Shown here: one piece after another, positions 30,105 through 39,742 of the stretch
Position numbering within the stretch: position 1 is the first letter of the stretch
Layout of the letters: each line of letters starts with the position of its first letter
NCBI GenBank assembly: GCA_016839555.1
Contig: JAEOUA010000011.1
Coordinates: 1-64,000, forward strand
Direction: 5' to 3'
Source: Promethearchaeota archaeon
GTDB taxonomy: Archaea; Asgardarchaeota; Lokiarchaeia; Sigyniarchaeales; SOKP01
Length of the DNA: 64,000 bases
Notes under the pieces: model-generated
What the model saw: only the letters and a program-made list of their open reading frames with translations
What the model was told of the DNA's origin: nothing
The model's database searches: none
Program-made: the position numbers and the translations under genes

Positions 30105-31058
30105 ATGAAAGAAAGAGTTCGCAAGTGTCCAAGATGTAATCGCAGATTAGATTATGAAGAATTTATAGCAGCAAATCAAATAAATTATTCACTAGAAAAG
30201 ATAGAGTCTTTATGGAATTGTAAATATCTTAGATTTTATTGTTGTGATTGTTATGATATAATGCTCGAAAAGAAATTCCTCAGCACTATAAAAGAGAATT
30301 CTTATAAATTTTGTGCTAGTTGCGGTAAATATGTTCATTTTTCTCAATTTCGACAGACTTGCAGCAACTTACCATTTAAGACATTAATAAATATCTGGGA
30401 AAAAAAACCTTCTAATATATATTGTGAAAAATGCTATAACGAAATAATATGGGAAGAATATTTTAAAAGTAAAAAGGAAACGATTCAAAAATTAACTCAA
30501 CAATTAAATGAGGGAGAAAAAAAATTCATAATAGACTTAATCGAACAAAGATGCTTATTAATTCCTAGGTTAGAGAAATTCGAATTAAATAGATCTGGAT
30601 TTACGGTAAAAGATAACCATATTAGAACACTAATATTAAATTACTCAGATATAAAAATCATCCCGGAATCAATTGGTAATCTAAAATTTCTCAGGTTTTT
30701 AGATTTAAGTTCTAATCAATTAAAAACAATTCCAAAAACAATTGGGGATTTAGCTTCTTTAAAGGTGTTGAAATTAGGATATAATGAATTATCCAATTTA
30801 CCTCCCTCCATCAAAAATTTAAAAAACTTAACCCAACTTTTTTTGGAGGGAAATAATTTTAAAAAATTGCCCGAAATCATAAAATATTTAACCGAATTAA
30901 GATATCTGGATATAAATAGTAATCAGATCCAAGAAAATCCTCCCTTCTTAGATTCTCTTTCTAATTTGAAAATCCTCTATATGATAAATAGTGGAAGTAG
31001 AAATTTTATAGCTTTTATCAGGAAAACCATAAATGAAAAAGTTTTAATTGTGACTTAA
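30105..31058 (+). CDS. tandem Zn-finger + LRR protein
   Basis: CPRC..CCDC, CASC..YCEKC, then about 5-6 LRRs. Confidence 0.85.
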   Translation: MKERVRKCPRCNRRLDYEEFIAANQINYSLEKIESLWNCKYLRFYCCDCYDIMLEKKFLSTIKENSYKFCASCGKYVHFSQFRQTCSNLPFKTLINIWEKKPSNIYCEKCYNEIIWEEYFKSKKETIQKLTQQLNEGEKKFIIDLIEQRCLLIPRLEKFELNRSGFTVKDNHIRTLILNYSDIKIIPESIGNLKFLRFLDLSSNQLKTIPKTIGDLASLKVLKLGYNELSNLPPSIKNLKNLTQLFLEGNNFKKLPEIIKYLTELRYLDINSNQIQENPPFLDSLSNLKILYMINSGSRNFIAFIRKTINEKVLIVT

Positions 31059-31186
31059 CGTTTAAAAAATGGAATATTAACTGTTTAATTTTTTAATCAT
31101 TTAAAATAGACTTAAAAAATCCAGATAATCATATTATTTAGCGATTATTACGAGATTTTTAAAATTTTAAAGGATTATTTGAAAGT

Positions 31187-32161
31187 ATGGTCCCAAAAAA
31201 TATTGACGATATTATTCGAAAGCAATTAAATAAAACTTTACAAGAAACTAATCTCTCTATAGGAAAATTATATAGAGGAAAAGTTAGGGATAATTATACT
31301 TTAGATGATAAAAGAATTATCATTGCGACTGACCGGTTATCTGCATTTGATAGAGTAATAACAACCATACCGTTTAAGGGAAGTATGCTAAACCAGGTCT
31401 CTTCTTTTTGGTTCGAAAAAACAAAGAATATTGTAAATAATCATCTAATTGAGGTACCTGATCCTAATATCTCAGTCGTTCATCAATGTGAAACAATTCC
31501 AGTGGAAATAATTATTCGCGCATATTTAACGGGTACGGCGTGGCGGAATTATAAAAATGGGAAGCCAACTTCTGGAATAATGCCACCTAAAGGAATGAAA
31601 AAGAATCAAAAACTCGATGAAGTTTTAGTCACTCCCTCCACTAAAGAAGAATCAGGGCATGATATTTATCTACCAAAGAAAAAAATTATAGAAGAAAATA
31701 TGGTTGAGAAAGAGATTTATGAGCAAATGGAAGAGGCAGCATTGAAATTATTTAAATTTGGTCAAGAATATTGTAAGAAAAATGGGCTTATTTTAGTCGA
31801 TACCAAATATGAATTTGGTTTAAAGGATGGGGAATTAATGGTTATAGATGAGATTCATACCCAAGATTCTTCGCGATTTTGGATAACAGATTCCTATGAA
31901 GAAAGATTTAATAAAGGACAGGAACCAGAGATTCTAGATAAAGAAATTTTTCGAGGATGGTTGATGGATACTTATCCAGAAATATTTCCAAATATCAAAA
32001 AGGATCAAGAAATTCCACCAATTGCGGATCATATAAAAATAGAATTAGCAAAGCGTTATATGAGGAGTTATGAAAGGATCACGGGATTAGAATTTAAAGC
32101 TGAAGTCTCTGATATTAATGAAAGAATAAGGAAGAATTTAAAAAAGGCGAATTATTTATAA
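31187..32161 (+). CDS. purC: SAICAR synthase
   Basis: YRGKVRD, TDRLSAFD, LVDTKYEFG, DEIHTQDSSRFW. Confidence 0.95.
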   Translation: MVPKNIDDIIRKQLNKTLQETNLSIGKLYRGKVRDNYTLDDKRIIIATDRLSAFDRVITTIPFKGSMLNQVSSFWFEKTKNIVNNHLIEVPDPNISVVHQCETIPVEIIIRAYLTGTAWRNYKNGKPTSGIMPPKGMKKNQKLDEVLVTPSTKEESGHDIYLPKKKIIEENMVEKEIYEQMEEAALKLFKFGQEYCKKNGLILVDTKYEFGLKDGELMVIDEIHTQDSSRFWITDSYEERFNKGQEPEILDKEIFRGWLMDTYPEIFPNIKKDQEIPPIADHIKIELAKRYMRSYERITGLEFKAEVSDINERIRKNLKKANYL

Positions 32162-32218
32162 ACATCACTCACTTATCATAAGGAAAACTATATAAATCAG
32201 TTCAAAATAATTTTAATT

Positions 32219-32416
32219 ATGTTTGATTTTATTTTATTATCTATAATTGGAGTGCTATATCTTGTGGGATTTATCTTCCTTATAGTCGATGTAATGAACT
32301 TAAATAATAGAAAAAATAAAGCTAAAGATAAATCAGAGCTTCCAGTTTATATAAAACGTAGTTTTTCTTATATTTTGCTTGCATTCTTCTTAATGATCTT
32401 AGTGAATATATTTTAA
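32219..32416 (+). CDS. small two-TM membrane protein
   Basis: Two hydrophobic segments flanking a basic loop. Confidence 0.5.
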   Translation: MFDFILLSIIGVLYLVGFIFLIVDVMNLNNRKNKAKDKSELPVYIKRSFSYILLAFFLMILVNIF

Positions 32417-32679
32417 CTAATATTTAATAATCTAAAATAAAGGAGAACAATTTATCATCAATAATTTAGAAATTTTATAATAAGATATACCCTAAAATAG
32501 AAGCGCAAAACTTTAAATCCATCAAATAAATAATAATGAATTTAAATAAGGCATATATTAAAAGTTTCTCAAAAAACTTTTTTTTAATACATAAATCTAA
32601 TTTTTCAGTAAATATTTTTGATAGAAATTATTTTTAAGTTAATAAGAATTAATTTAAGTATAACACCCTTTTCTTAACA

Positions 32680-32952
32680 ATGGGATTAAGAGAATTTATA
32701 GTGGAAGTAGTCTTAACAAATAAAGCTAAAGCACGAGACCCAACGGGAGAGACAATTCAGAGAGATCTATTAGCAAAAAAAGGATATGATATAGTATCGA
32801 ACGTGAGATCAGGTCAATATTTAAAAATAACTTTAAAAGCTGATGAATCACAGAAAGCAAAAGATATTGTGGAGCGAATGTGCAATGAATTAAGAATATT
32901 TAATCCAGTTACACAAGATTTACATATTTTAAATGTTACTGAACAAAGTTAG
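32680..32952 (+). CDS. purS: FGAM synthase subunit PurS
   Basis: RDPTGETI, VRSG, NPV; upstream of purQ. Confidence 0.92.
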   Translation: MGLREFIVEVVLTNKAKARDPTGETIQRDLLAKKGYDIVSNVRSGQYLKITLKADESQKAKDIVERMCNELRIFNPVTQDLHILNVTEQS

Positions 32953-32957
32953 ATATT

Positions 32958-33668
32958 ATGACTATTAAAGTAGCAGTTATCCAATTTCCAGGTTCTAATT
33001 GTGATTTGGACACATTACATATACTAAATAATGTTATTGGAATAAAAGCAGAATTAATTTGGCATAATGAATTCAATGAGGGAGAGTTTGACAGTGCTGT
33101 TTTGCCCGGAGGATTTTCTTTTGGAGATTATCTAAGATCGGGTATCATAGCAGCTCACAGCCCTGCAATAGAGCATGCCAGAAAAATGCTTAAAGATGAT
33201 AAACCAATTATTGGTATCTGTAATGGATTTCAAATTTTAACCGAGGCTCAACTTCTTCCAGGAGCATTATTAAAAAATGATAGCTTAAAATTTATCTGTA
33301 AATGGGTCAATATAAGAGTTGAGAATAATCATACGGCTTTTACAAATAGGATGCAAAAAGGAGGGATTTTAGATATTCCCATAGCTCATGGTGAGGGAAG
33401 GTATTATACCGATAAGTTAAATGAACTCAAGGAAAACGATCAAATTGTATTTAGATATGTCGATAGAAATGGGAACGCTACTGAGGTTGCCAATCCAAAT
33501 GGTTCTCTTGAAAATATAGCAGGAGTCTGCAATATCGAACGAAATTGTTTGGGTTTAATGCCACATCCTGAAAGAGCATCAGAGGAAATTTTAAGTCCAT
33601 CGGGCACTACTCATGGAAAATTATTTTTTGAATCAATGATCAATTTTATAAAAAGAGGAGGGAATTAA
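32958..33668 (+). CDS. purQ: FGAM synthase subunit PurQ
   Basis: [33 protein letters not shown]. Confidence 0.97.
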   Translation: MTIKVAVIQFPGSNCDLDTLHILNNVIGIKAELIWHNEFNEGEFDSAVLPGGFSFGDYLRSGIIAAHSPAIEHARKMLKDDKPIIGICNGFQILTEAQLLPGALLKNDSLKFICKWVNIRVENNHTAFTNRMQKGGILDIPIAHGEGRYYTDKLNELKENDQIVFRYVDRNGNATEVANPNGSLENIAGVCNIERNCLGLMPHPERASEEILSPSGTTHGKLFFESMINFIKRGGN

Positions 33669-33672
33669 CCGA

Positions 33673-35919
33673 ATGCCGAAAGTTAAGATTGGAGACGACG
33701 AGTTAGAAGTTAATTTAACGGAGAATGAAGTGACCTATATTGAAAAAAATTTAGAAAGAGTCCCTTCTCTCACGGAATTGGGAATGTTTGACGTTATGTG
33801 GTCAGAGCATTGCTCTTATAAATCATCTCGCCCGAGATTAAAGTTATTTGAAGATGCTGAAGCAAACTATGATTATGTATTAGCAGGACCAGGACAAGAT
33901 GCAGGTGCAATAGATATCGGAGATGGCTATTGTTTAGCATTTCGTATTGAATCTCATAATCACCCCAGTGCTATTGAGCCTTACCATGGAGCTGCAACAG
34001 GTATTGGAGGGATCATTCGAGATATCTTATGTATGGGAGTGAGACCCATTGCTCTTTTGGATCCTTTACGATTTGGCCCCCTTAAGGATGATCCTCATTC
34101 GCAATGGCTCTTTAAATACGTAGTAAAGGGAATCGCGGATTACGGTAATTGTACTGGGATTCCTACAATTGGAGGAGAAGTAGAATTTGATAAAAGCTTT
34201 AGAAATAATTGCTTAGTTAATGTTGCCTGTATTGGGTTGGGCACTATAGAAGACTTTGAACACGCTCCTAGCAGAGCATATTATCCAGGAGATTATGTAG
34301 TTCTTATGGGGGGATCTACTGGTAGAGATGGGATTCATGGAGTAACTTTCGCCTCAAGAACATTGACAGAAGAATCAGAGGAAGATCGTCCCGCAGTTCA
34401 AATTGGTGATCCTTTTACAAAAAAATTAATAATTGAAGCAACCGTTGAAGCGGTGAAAACCGGTTATGTAAGAGGATTGAAAGATTTGGGAGGTGGAGGC
34501 TTATCATGTGCTCTCAGTGAATTAACAGGGGATGGAGGTACGGGAGCTAAAATAGACTTAAATAAAATATATACTCGCGAGCCAGGAATGAATTCCTACG
34601 AAATTATGCTTTCTGAATCACAAGAACGAATGGCATTTATAGTCCATCCAGAGGGATTAGAAAGAGTTTTACAAGTTTTCCAAAAATATGAAATGTCTCA
34701 TAAAGTTATTGGACAAATTGATGATTCACAGGTATTAAAGGTATATGATAATGATAAATTAGTAGTAAGTTTGCCAGCAAAAGCTTTATCCGAATCTCCC
34801 GTGATTGAGAGGGAAGAGAAAAGACCTCAGTATCTTGATGACCTATTATCGCAGAATACACCTGAATCGCCTTATAATTTAGAAGAAATTATCTATAAGT
34901 TGATTAGCTCGGAAAATATCTGTAATAAAGAATGGATTTATAGACAATATGATCATGAGGTGGGTATCCGCTCCGTAGTCAAGTGTGGAGAGGGAGATTC
35001 CGGTGTCTTACGCATTATTGGAACTGATAAATTTATTGCGGCAAGTGTGGGATGCAACTCCAAGCAATGTTATCTTGATCCTTATAATGGAGCGAAAGCA
35101 AATTTAGTGGAAGTATGTGGAAATATTATCAGTAATGGGGCAAAACCTTTAGCTATGGTAAATTGTTGTAATTTTGGAAATCCTGAAAAACCAGAATCTT
35201 ATTGGTATTTTTCTGAAGCTGTAAAAGGAATGGCCGATTTTTGTACAAAAATGCGAATTCCAGTAGTTGGAGGGAATGTGAGTTTTTATAACGAAGATGA
35301 AGTGACTAATACGGCAATTAAGCCTACACCGACGATAATGATGGTGGGATTAATTAATGGAAAAGAAAATATCATCACATTACCTTTTAAAAAGGCAGGT
35401 GATAACATATTTTTAATTGGAAAGACAAAAGCAGAACTTGGAGGCTCTGAATATCATGCTGTTATTCATAACATCGAGGGAGGAAAGCCTCCTGAAGTAG
35501 GAGAGGAAACAATAAAGGCTACATGGAATTTCATTAAGTATCTTTACGGAGAAAAATTAATAAAAGCTAATCATGATGTTAATAAGGGAGGATTCTTAAT
35601 AACCGTCGTAGAGATGTGCTTTAAAAATGATTTAGGAGCAAAGTTAGATTTAAAAAATTATGCTAATGAATCTTTACGAGAAGATGAATTTCTTTTTAGT
35701 GAAAGTGTGGGTAGATTTATAATAGAAAGCGACCCAGAACATTATGACACGATAATGGAAAAAGCGACCTTCTATCAAGTTGAAGTAAAAAAGATTGGAG
35801 AAATAACTTCTGAACCGAAATTAAGAATAATCAACTTCAATGGAAAAGAAATAATAATCGATATTAGCAAAATTAAAGAAACTTATGATTCTACAATCCC
35901 AAACATGATGGAAATCTAA
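33673..35919 (+). CDS. purL: FGAM synthase subunit PurL
   Basis: WSEHCSYKSS, ESHNHPS, SESQERM, GGNVSFYN. Confidence 0.97.
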   Translation: MPKVKIGDDELEVNLTENEVTYIEKNLERVPSLTELGMFDVMWSEHCSYKSSRPRLKLFEDAEANYDYVLAGPGQDAGAIDIGDGYCLAFRIESHNHPSAIEPYHGAATGIGGIIRDILCMGVRPIALLDPLRFGPLKDDPHSQWLFKYVVKGIADYGNCTGIPTIGGEVEFDKSFRNNCLVNVACIGLGTIEDFEHAPSRAYYPGDYVVLMGGSTGRDGIHGVTFASRTLTEESEEDRPAVQIGDPFTKKLIIEATVEAVKTGYVRGLKDLGGGGLSCALSELTGDGGTGAKIDLNKIYTREPGMNSYEIMLSESQERMAFIVHPEGLERVLQVFQKYEMSHKVIGQIDDSQVLKVYDNDKLVVSLPAKALSESPVIEREEKRPQYLDDLLSQNTPESPYNLEEIIYKLISSENICNKEWIYRQYDHEVGIRSVVKCGEGDSGVLRIIGTDKFIAASVGCNSKQCYLDPYNGAKANLVEVCGNIISNGAKPLAMVNCCNFGNPEKPESYWYFSEAVKGMADFCTKMRIPVVGGNVSFYNEDEVTNTAIKPTPTIMMVGLINGKENIITLPFKKAGDNIFLIGKTKAELGGSEYHAVIHNIEGGKPPEVGEETIKATWNFIKYLYGEKLIKANHDVNKGGFLITVVEMCFKNDLGAKLDLKNYANESLREDEFLFSESVGRFIIESDPEHYDTIMEKATFYQVEVKKIGEITSEPKLRIINFNGKEIIIDISKIKETYDSTIPNMMEI

Positions 35920-36029
35920 TTTTTGCTAAAAAATCTACAATTTTTTTACAAAATTTTTAGACAAATATAAAAAACTTTAAAGCTTATAGATTAATAATTA
36001 TTTAGTAAAGTTATAAATAATTAGGTGAA

Positions 36030-36212
36030 ATGATAATGGTACGAGCAAGGGCATGTACAGGTTGTCGAGAATACGTTATAATCAAAGCAGATGATCCAGA
36101 AAATATAAACCTCTTGAAAGAATTCGAAGCTGAACATAGAGGGCATATGCTTATTACTCTAAATTTTGACGAAATTAAAGGAGCATACAGAAAATATAAA
36201 GGATCAGAATAA
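36030..36212 (+). CDS. small putative Zn-binding protein (CxxC...HxxH)
   Basis: ACTGC...EHRGH; GGTGA upstream. Confidence 0.65.
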   Translation: MIMVRARACTGCREYVIIKADDPENINLLKEFEAEHRGHMLITLNFDEIKGAYRKYKGSE

Positions 36213-36578
36213 GACTAATTTTCGCAACCAATTATATCCATAAATTATTAGTTGCTTATAAAAAGGTAAAAAAATTAAAAAACATTTAATTATTGAATCC
36301 TTTCATCTTTATTTTTATTTTCATAATAATATTAATTATAATAGGGTTTGGAATTATTACTTATTCTAAGGGGAGATATCAGTTATTAACTCTTATTATA
36401 AATATAATCATCGTTAAATTACTCGTTTCATGAAGATGCATCTATATGATCAGAATATATACATATTACCTATATTCATAATTAGAATTCTAAGGGAAAT
36501 ATAAATATCATTAAGAATGTAAAATAATGAGTAAAATAACAACTGAATTTAATAAACGAAAGCGTAAAAAAAGTATCT

Positions 36579-36785
36579 CTAAGAAAGGACTTCTAAAATT
36601 TTAGTCAATATACGAGCCTTTCCTCCCGTAGATTGTAAGAGTGTTTTTCCACAGACTAAGCATTCGACATCGTGAGCTGCGCAGCCAAAAATAATTTGAT
36701 TATTACCGCAGTTTAAACATTTTACTCTTAAAAATCTGCTATTTGGATGTGGGATTAGCTTCTTAATTTTCTTTTTTTCTATCAT
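36579..36785 (-). CDS. rps27e: 30S ribosomal protein S27e
   Basis: [12 protein letters not shown]...CLVCG..TGGKA. Confidence 0.95.
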   Translation of the reverse strand: MIEKKKIKKLIPHPNSRFLRVKCLNCGNNQIIFGCAAHDVECLVCGKTLLQSTGGKARILTKILEVLS

Positions 36786-36944
36786 ATCTGATAATAAATT
36801 GTTGATTGCTTATAACTTATTTCTTAAAAATATTGGTAAAATAATAATTTTTTCATTTGGAAAGTAAGTATTATGTATTAATACAATTAACGCTAATTTT
36901 AAATGAGACCCAATTATTTTTAATTTTAATCGTTAAAATTATAT

Positions 36945-38009
36945 TTAGAAAGCATATTTTTTCCTAACTTTATTAATCACTTTGGTGGTTCTTTGTAGTA
37001 ATTCAAAAGCAAGCTGAGGAGGACTCCATGAAGATACTCCACAATCAGGCCCCACAAATTTCAACCGATCTTTATAATGCCCTAGTGCAAATTTAAGATT
37101 TTTTTCTATAGTTTCTTCAGAATCGATTAGGAGACGCTTGCCTTCAAAGGATTTCAATTTATCTTGAGGAGTTCCTGCATCTAAAGCTTCTGCTGTGATG
37201 TTATCTATATTGGTTCTTGTGATTCCAACTCTGATAAATTTATCATAATTATCAAATTCTCTTTTCGAAATAATATTTGAATGATCTCCGGCATATTCAC
37301 ATGTGATAACCTCAATATTTTTACTCTGTAGAGCTATATCAGCGTGATTGAGTGTATGAAGATGGATTTGAGTAATACAATTTATATTTTCTAAAGATTT
37401 ATCAAAAATTGCAATTAAATCATCTTTAGACACATTAAAAAGATCCACGAATCCAAAAGAAGGTTCATCAATAGATATGGTTGAGGTATTGATAAATTTA
37501 TCATTAAAAATGGAATTTTTTAGGAACCTATTAACTGTCTTAGAATAATTTAATGCTAAGTCTTTATATAACGTAAAGGAATGGTCTTTTATATATAGTT
37601 CAATCGGACCTGTTATACATAGCTTAATATTTAATGGCTCTCCAGTTTCATTAAAATAGTCCTTGGCAAATTGCTGCAATATAAGACTTTCGGAAATAAA
37701 TGCCTTATCCTTTTCAATAAGCCCAGGCTCTGTTTCATATTCTTTTAGGGGCTTTAAAAATTGAGTATACATATCCATATGCTGCGGATAATTAATGATT
37801 TCTACTCCAGCCTTCTGTTTTAACTTAAAAGATTCCAAAAAGGGATTAATGTAATAATTTTTAATTCCTTGATTTTCATAGACATCTTTAACGCTACTAT
37901 TAATTAAGGCTTTATAAGCGGTCCAATAAAATCTCTGAAATACTTCTCTATCAATATTTTCTGGCAGAGGAAAACTGCCTACATCGTCGTATAATAGAAA
38001 ATCCTTCAT
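36945..38009 (-). CDS. cobalamin-independent methionine synthase-like single-barrel protein
   Basis: DVGSFPLP, ITGP, IDEPS, IHLH, GPDCG. Confidence 0.75.
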   Translation of the reverse strand: MKDFLLYDDVGSFPLPENIDREVFQRFYWTAYKALINSSVKDVYENQGIKNYYINPFLESFKLKQKAGVEIINYPQHMDMYTQFLKPLKEYETEPGLIEKDKAFISESLILQQFAKDYFNETGEPLNIKLCITGPIELYIKDHSFTLYKDLALNYSKTVNRFLKNSIFNDKFINTSTISIDEPSFGFVDLFNVSKDDLIAIFDKSLENINCITQIHLHTLNHADIALQSKNIEVITCEYAGDHSNIISKREFDNYDKFIRVGITRTNIDNITAEALDAGTPQDKLKSFEGKRLLIDSEETIEKNLKFALGHYKDRLKFVGPDCGVSSWSPPQLAFELLQRTTKVINKVRKKYAF

Positions 38010-38286
38010 TTCATTTTAATTATAATTCAATAATAATATAAATTATATCACTAAATATTTTATCCAAAAAAAGCTTAAACAAATAAATCCAATAATTATT
38101 TATATTGCTTTTACATTAGAAGCGGAAGAAATTCATTCTCTTTCTTTTTGCTTGAGAAAACCCGAAATTGGAATAAAAATAAATTTATAATTCAACTCTA
38201 AATAATGCTTTTATAAAAAATATTTCAAGAGAAGGAGTTTAATTCTATAAAATTGAGATTAGAAGAACAGATTAAATCAATTCTTT

Positions 38287-38568
38287 TTAGACTTGCTGGA
38301 GCTCGAATCTTTTCACACGATAGGATTTTCCATAATGCATTTTTCTGCATTCAGAACATTCAAAAAGAAGCAAGGTCTTTTTGTTTATTTTGGCGTTTTT
38401 ATGAAAGATCTCTTTTGGAAAACTCCCGTAACCCTTTTTTTTTCGCTCTACTCTTCTTCTACCTTGATTTAGCATCCGCTCTTTTCCCTTTTTATAAATA
38501 CTTACAGTATGTTTCGTGTGTTTGAAGCAATATGGACAGTAACGATTAACTTCTTTTGGATATTTCAT
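38287..38568 (-). CDS. rpl44e: 50S ribosomal protein L44e
   Basis: YCPYC.KHT.H, GYG, CSEC. Confidence 0.95.
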   Translation of the reverse strand: MKYPKEVNRYCPYCFKHTKHTVSIYKKGKERMLNQGRRRVERKKKGYGSFPKEIFHKNAKINKKTLLLFECSECRKMHYGKSYRVKRFELQQV

Positions 38569-38751
38569 TGTTTGCTTTCTTATTAATTCTTTTTACAAAT
38601 TATTATTTAATAGTATAATGAGCATAATTTTAAATTCTTTTTTATTTAACATAATCTTTAAGAAGGTAAGGAAATTTTAATAACAAAGAATTTAAAACTT
38701 CCCACAAACATAAAGATTAAGAAAACAAAATAATAAAAATAAAATTTTAAG

Positions 38752-39669
38752 ATGTTTAGGGAGAAGTTTAAAGAAGGGATAATTTCAGCTCGAGATTTTA
38801 CCAGAGAAGATATTGAATATCTTCTTAAAAGAGGACACGAAATGATGGAAGTCCAGAGCTCAGATATTCTTTCAGGAAAAATATTAGCTACATTATTTTT
38901 TGAACCTTCGACTAGAACACGGTTAAGTTTTGAATCAGCTATGCACCGTTTGGGTGGGAAAGTTATTGGATTTCAATCTGAAGATGTATCATCGGTAAAA
39001 AAAGGTGAAAGTTTAGCAGATACAATTAGGACAGTTCAGAGTTATTCTGATATAATTGTTATTCGTCATCCTATGGAGGGGGCTGCCAAAATGGCTACAA
39101 GATTTGCTGATATTCCCATAATAAATGCAGGTTCCGGGAGCAAAGAGCATCCAACACAAGCACTTTTAGATTTATTAACCATTAAAGAAGAATTAGGCAG
39201 ATTGGATGGATTAAATATTGGAATTATGGGAGATTTAAAATATGGCCGAACAGTTCATTCACTTGCAATGTTATTATCAAATTTTGAAGTTAATCTTTAT
39301 TTTATAAGCCCTAAGGAATTACAAATGAGAAATAGGTATAAACAATATTTAATTCAACAAAGAGAGGTTAAATTTAAGGAAATTACAAATTATAGAAAAA
39401 TTTTAAATGTTTTAGATGTTCTATATATGACACGAATTCAAAAAGAAAGATTTGTAGATATGGAAGAATATGAGCGTGTTAAGGATTTTTATGTATTTAA
39501 GAAAAAAGATTTAAAGCAAACACAACCTCACTTTAAATTAATGCATCCATTACCTCGAATCACGGAAATCCCACCTGAAATTGATAAATCTGAAAAAGCA
39601 ATCTATTTCAAGCAAACCAATTATGGATTACACATGCGAAAAGCTATCCTTGCTGAACTTTTATCTTAA
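38752..39669 (+). CDS. pyrB: aspartate carbamoyltransferase catalytic subunit
   Basis: FFEPSTRTRLSF, HPTQ, GDLKYGRTVHS, MHPLP. Confidence 0.97.
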   Translation: MFREKFKEGIISARDFTREDIEYLLKRGHEMMEVQSSDILSGKILATLFFEPSTRTRLSFESAMHRLGGKVIGFQSEDVSSVKKGESLADTIRTVQSYSDIIVIRHPMEGAAKMATRFADIPIINAGSGSKEHPTQALLDLLTIKEELGRLDGLNIGIMGDLKYGRTVHSLAMLLSNFEVNLYFISPKELQMRNRYKQYLIQQREVKFKEITNYRKILNVLDVLYMTRIQKERFVDMEEYERVKDFYVFKKKDLKQTQPHFKLMHPLPRITEIPPEIDKSEKAIYFKQTNYGLHMRKAILAELLS

Positions 39670-39742
39670 TATGAATTAATAAGAGCTATATTATACGAGC
39701 CGTGCTTTATTTTTTTTAAGTAATTTCTTATGGCTTATTTTA

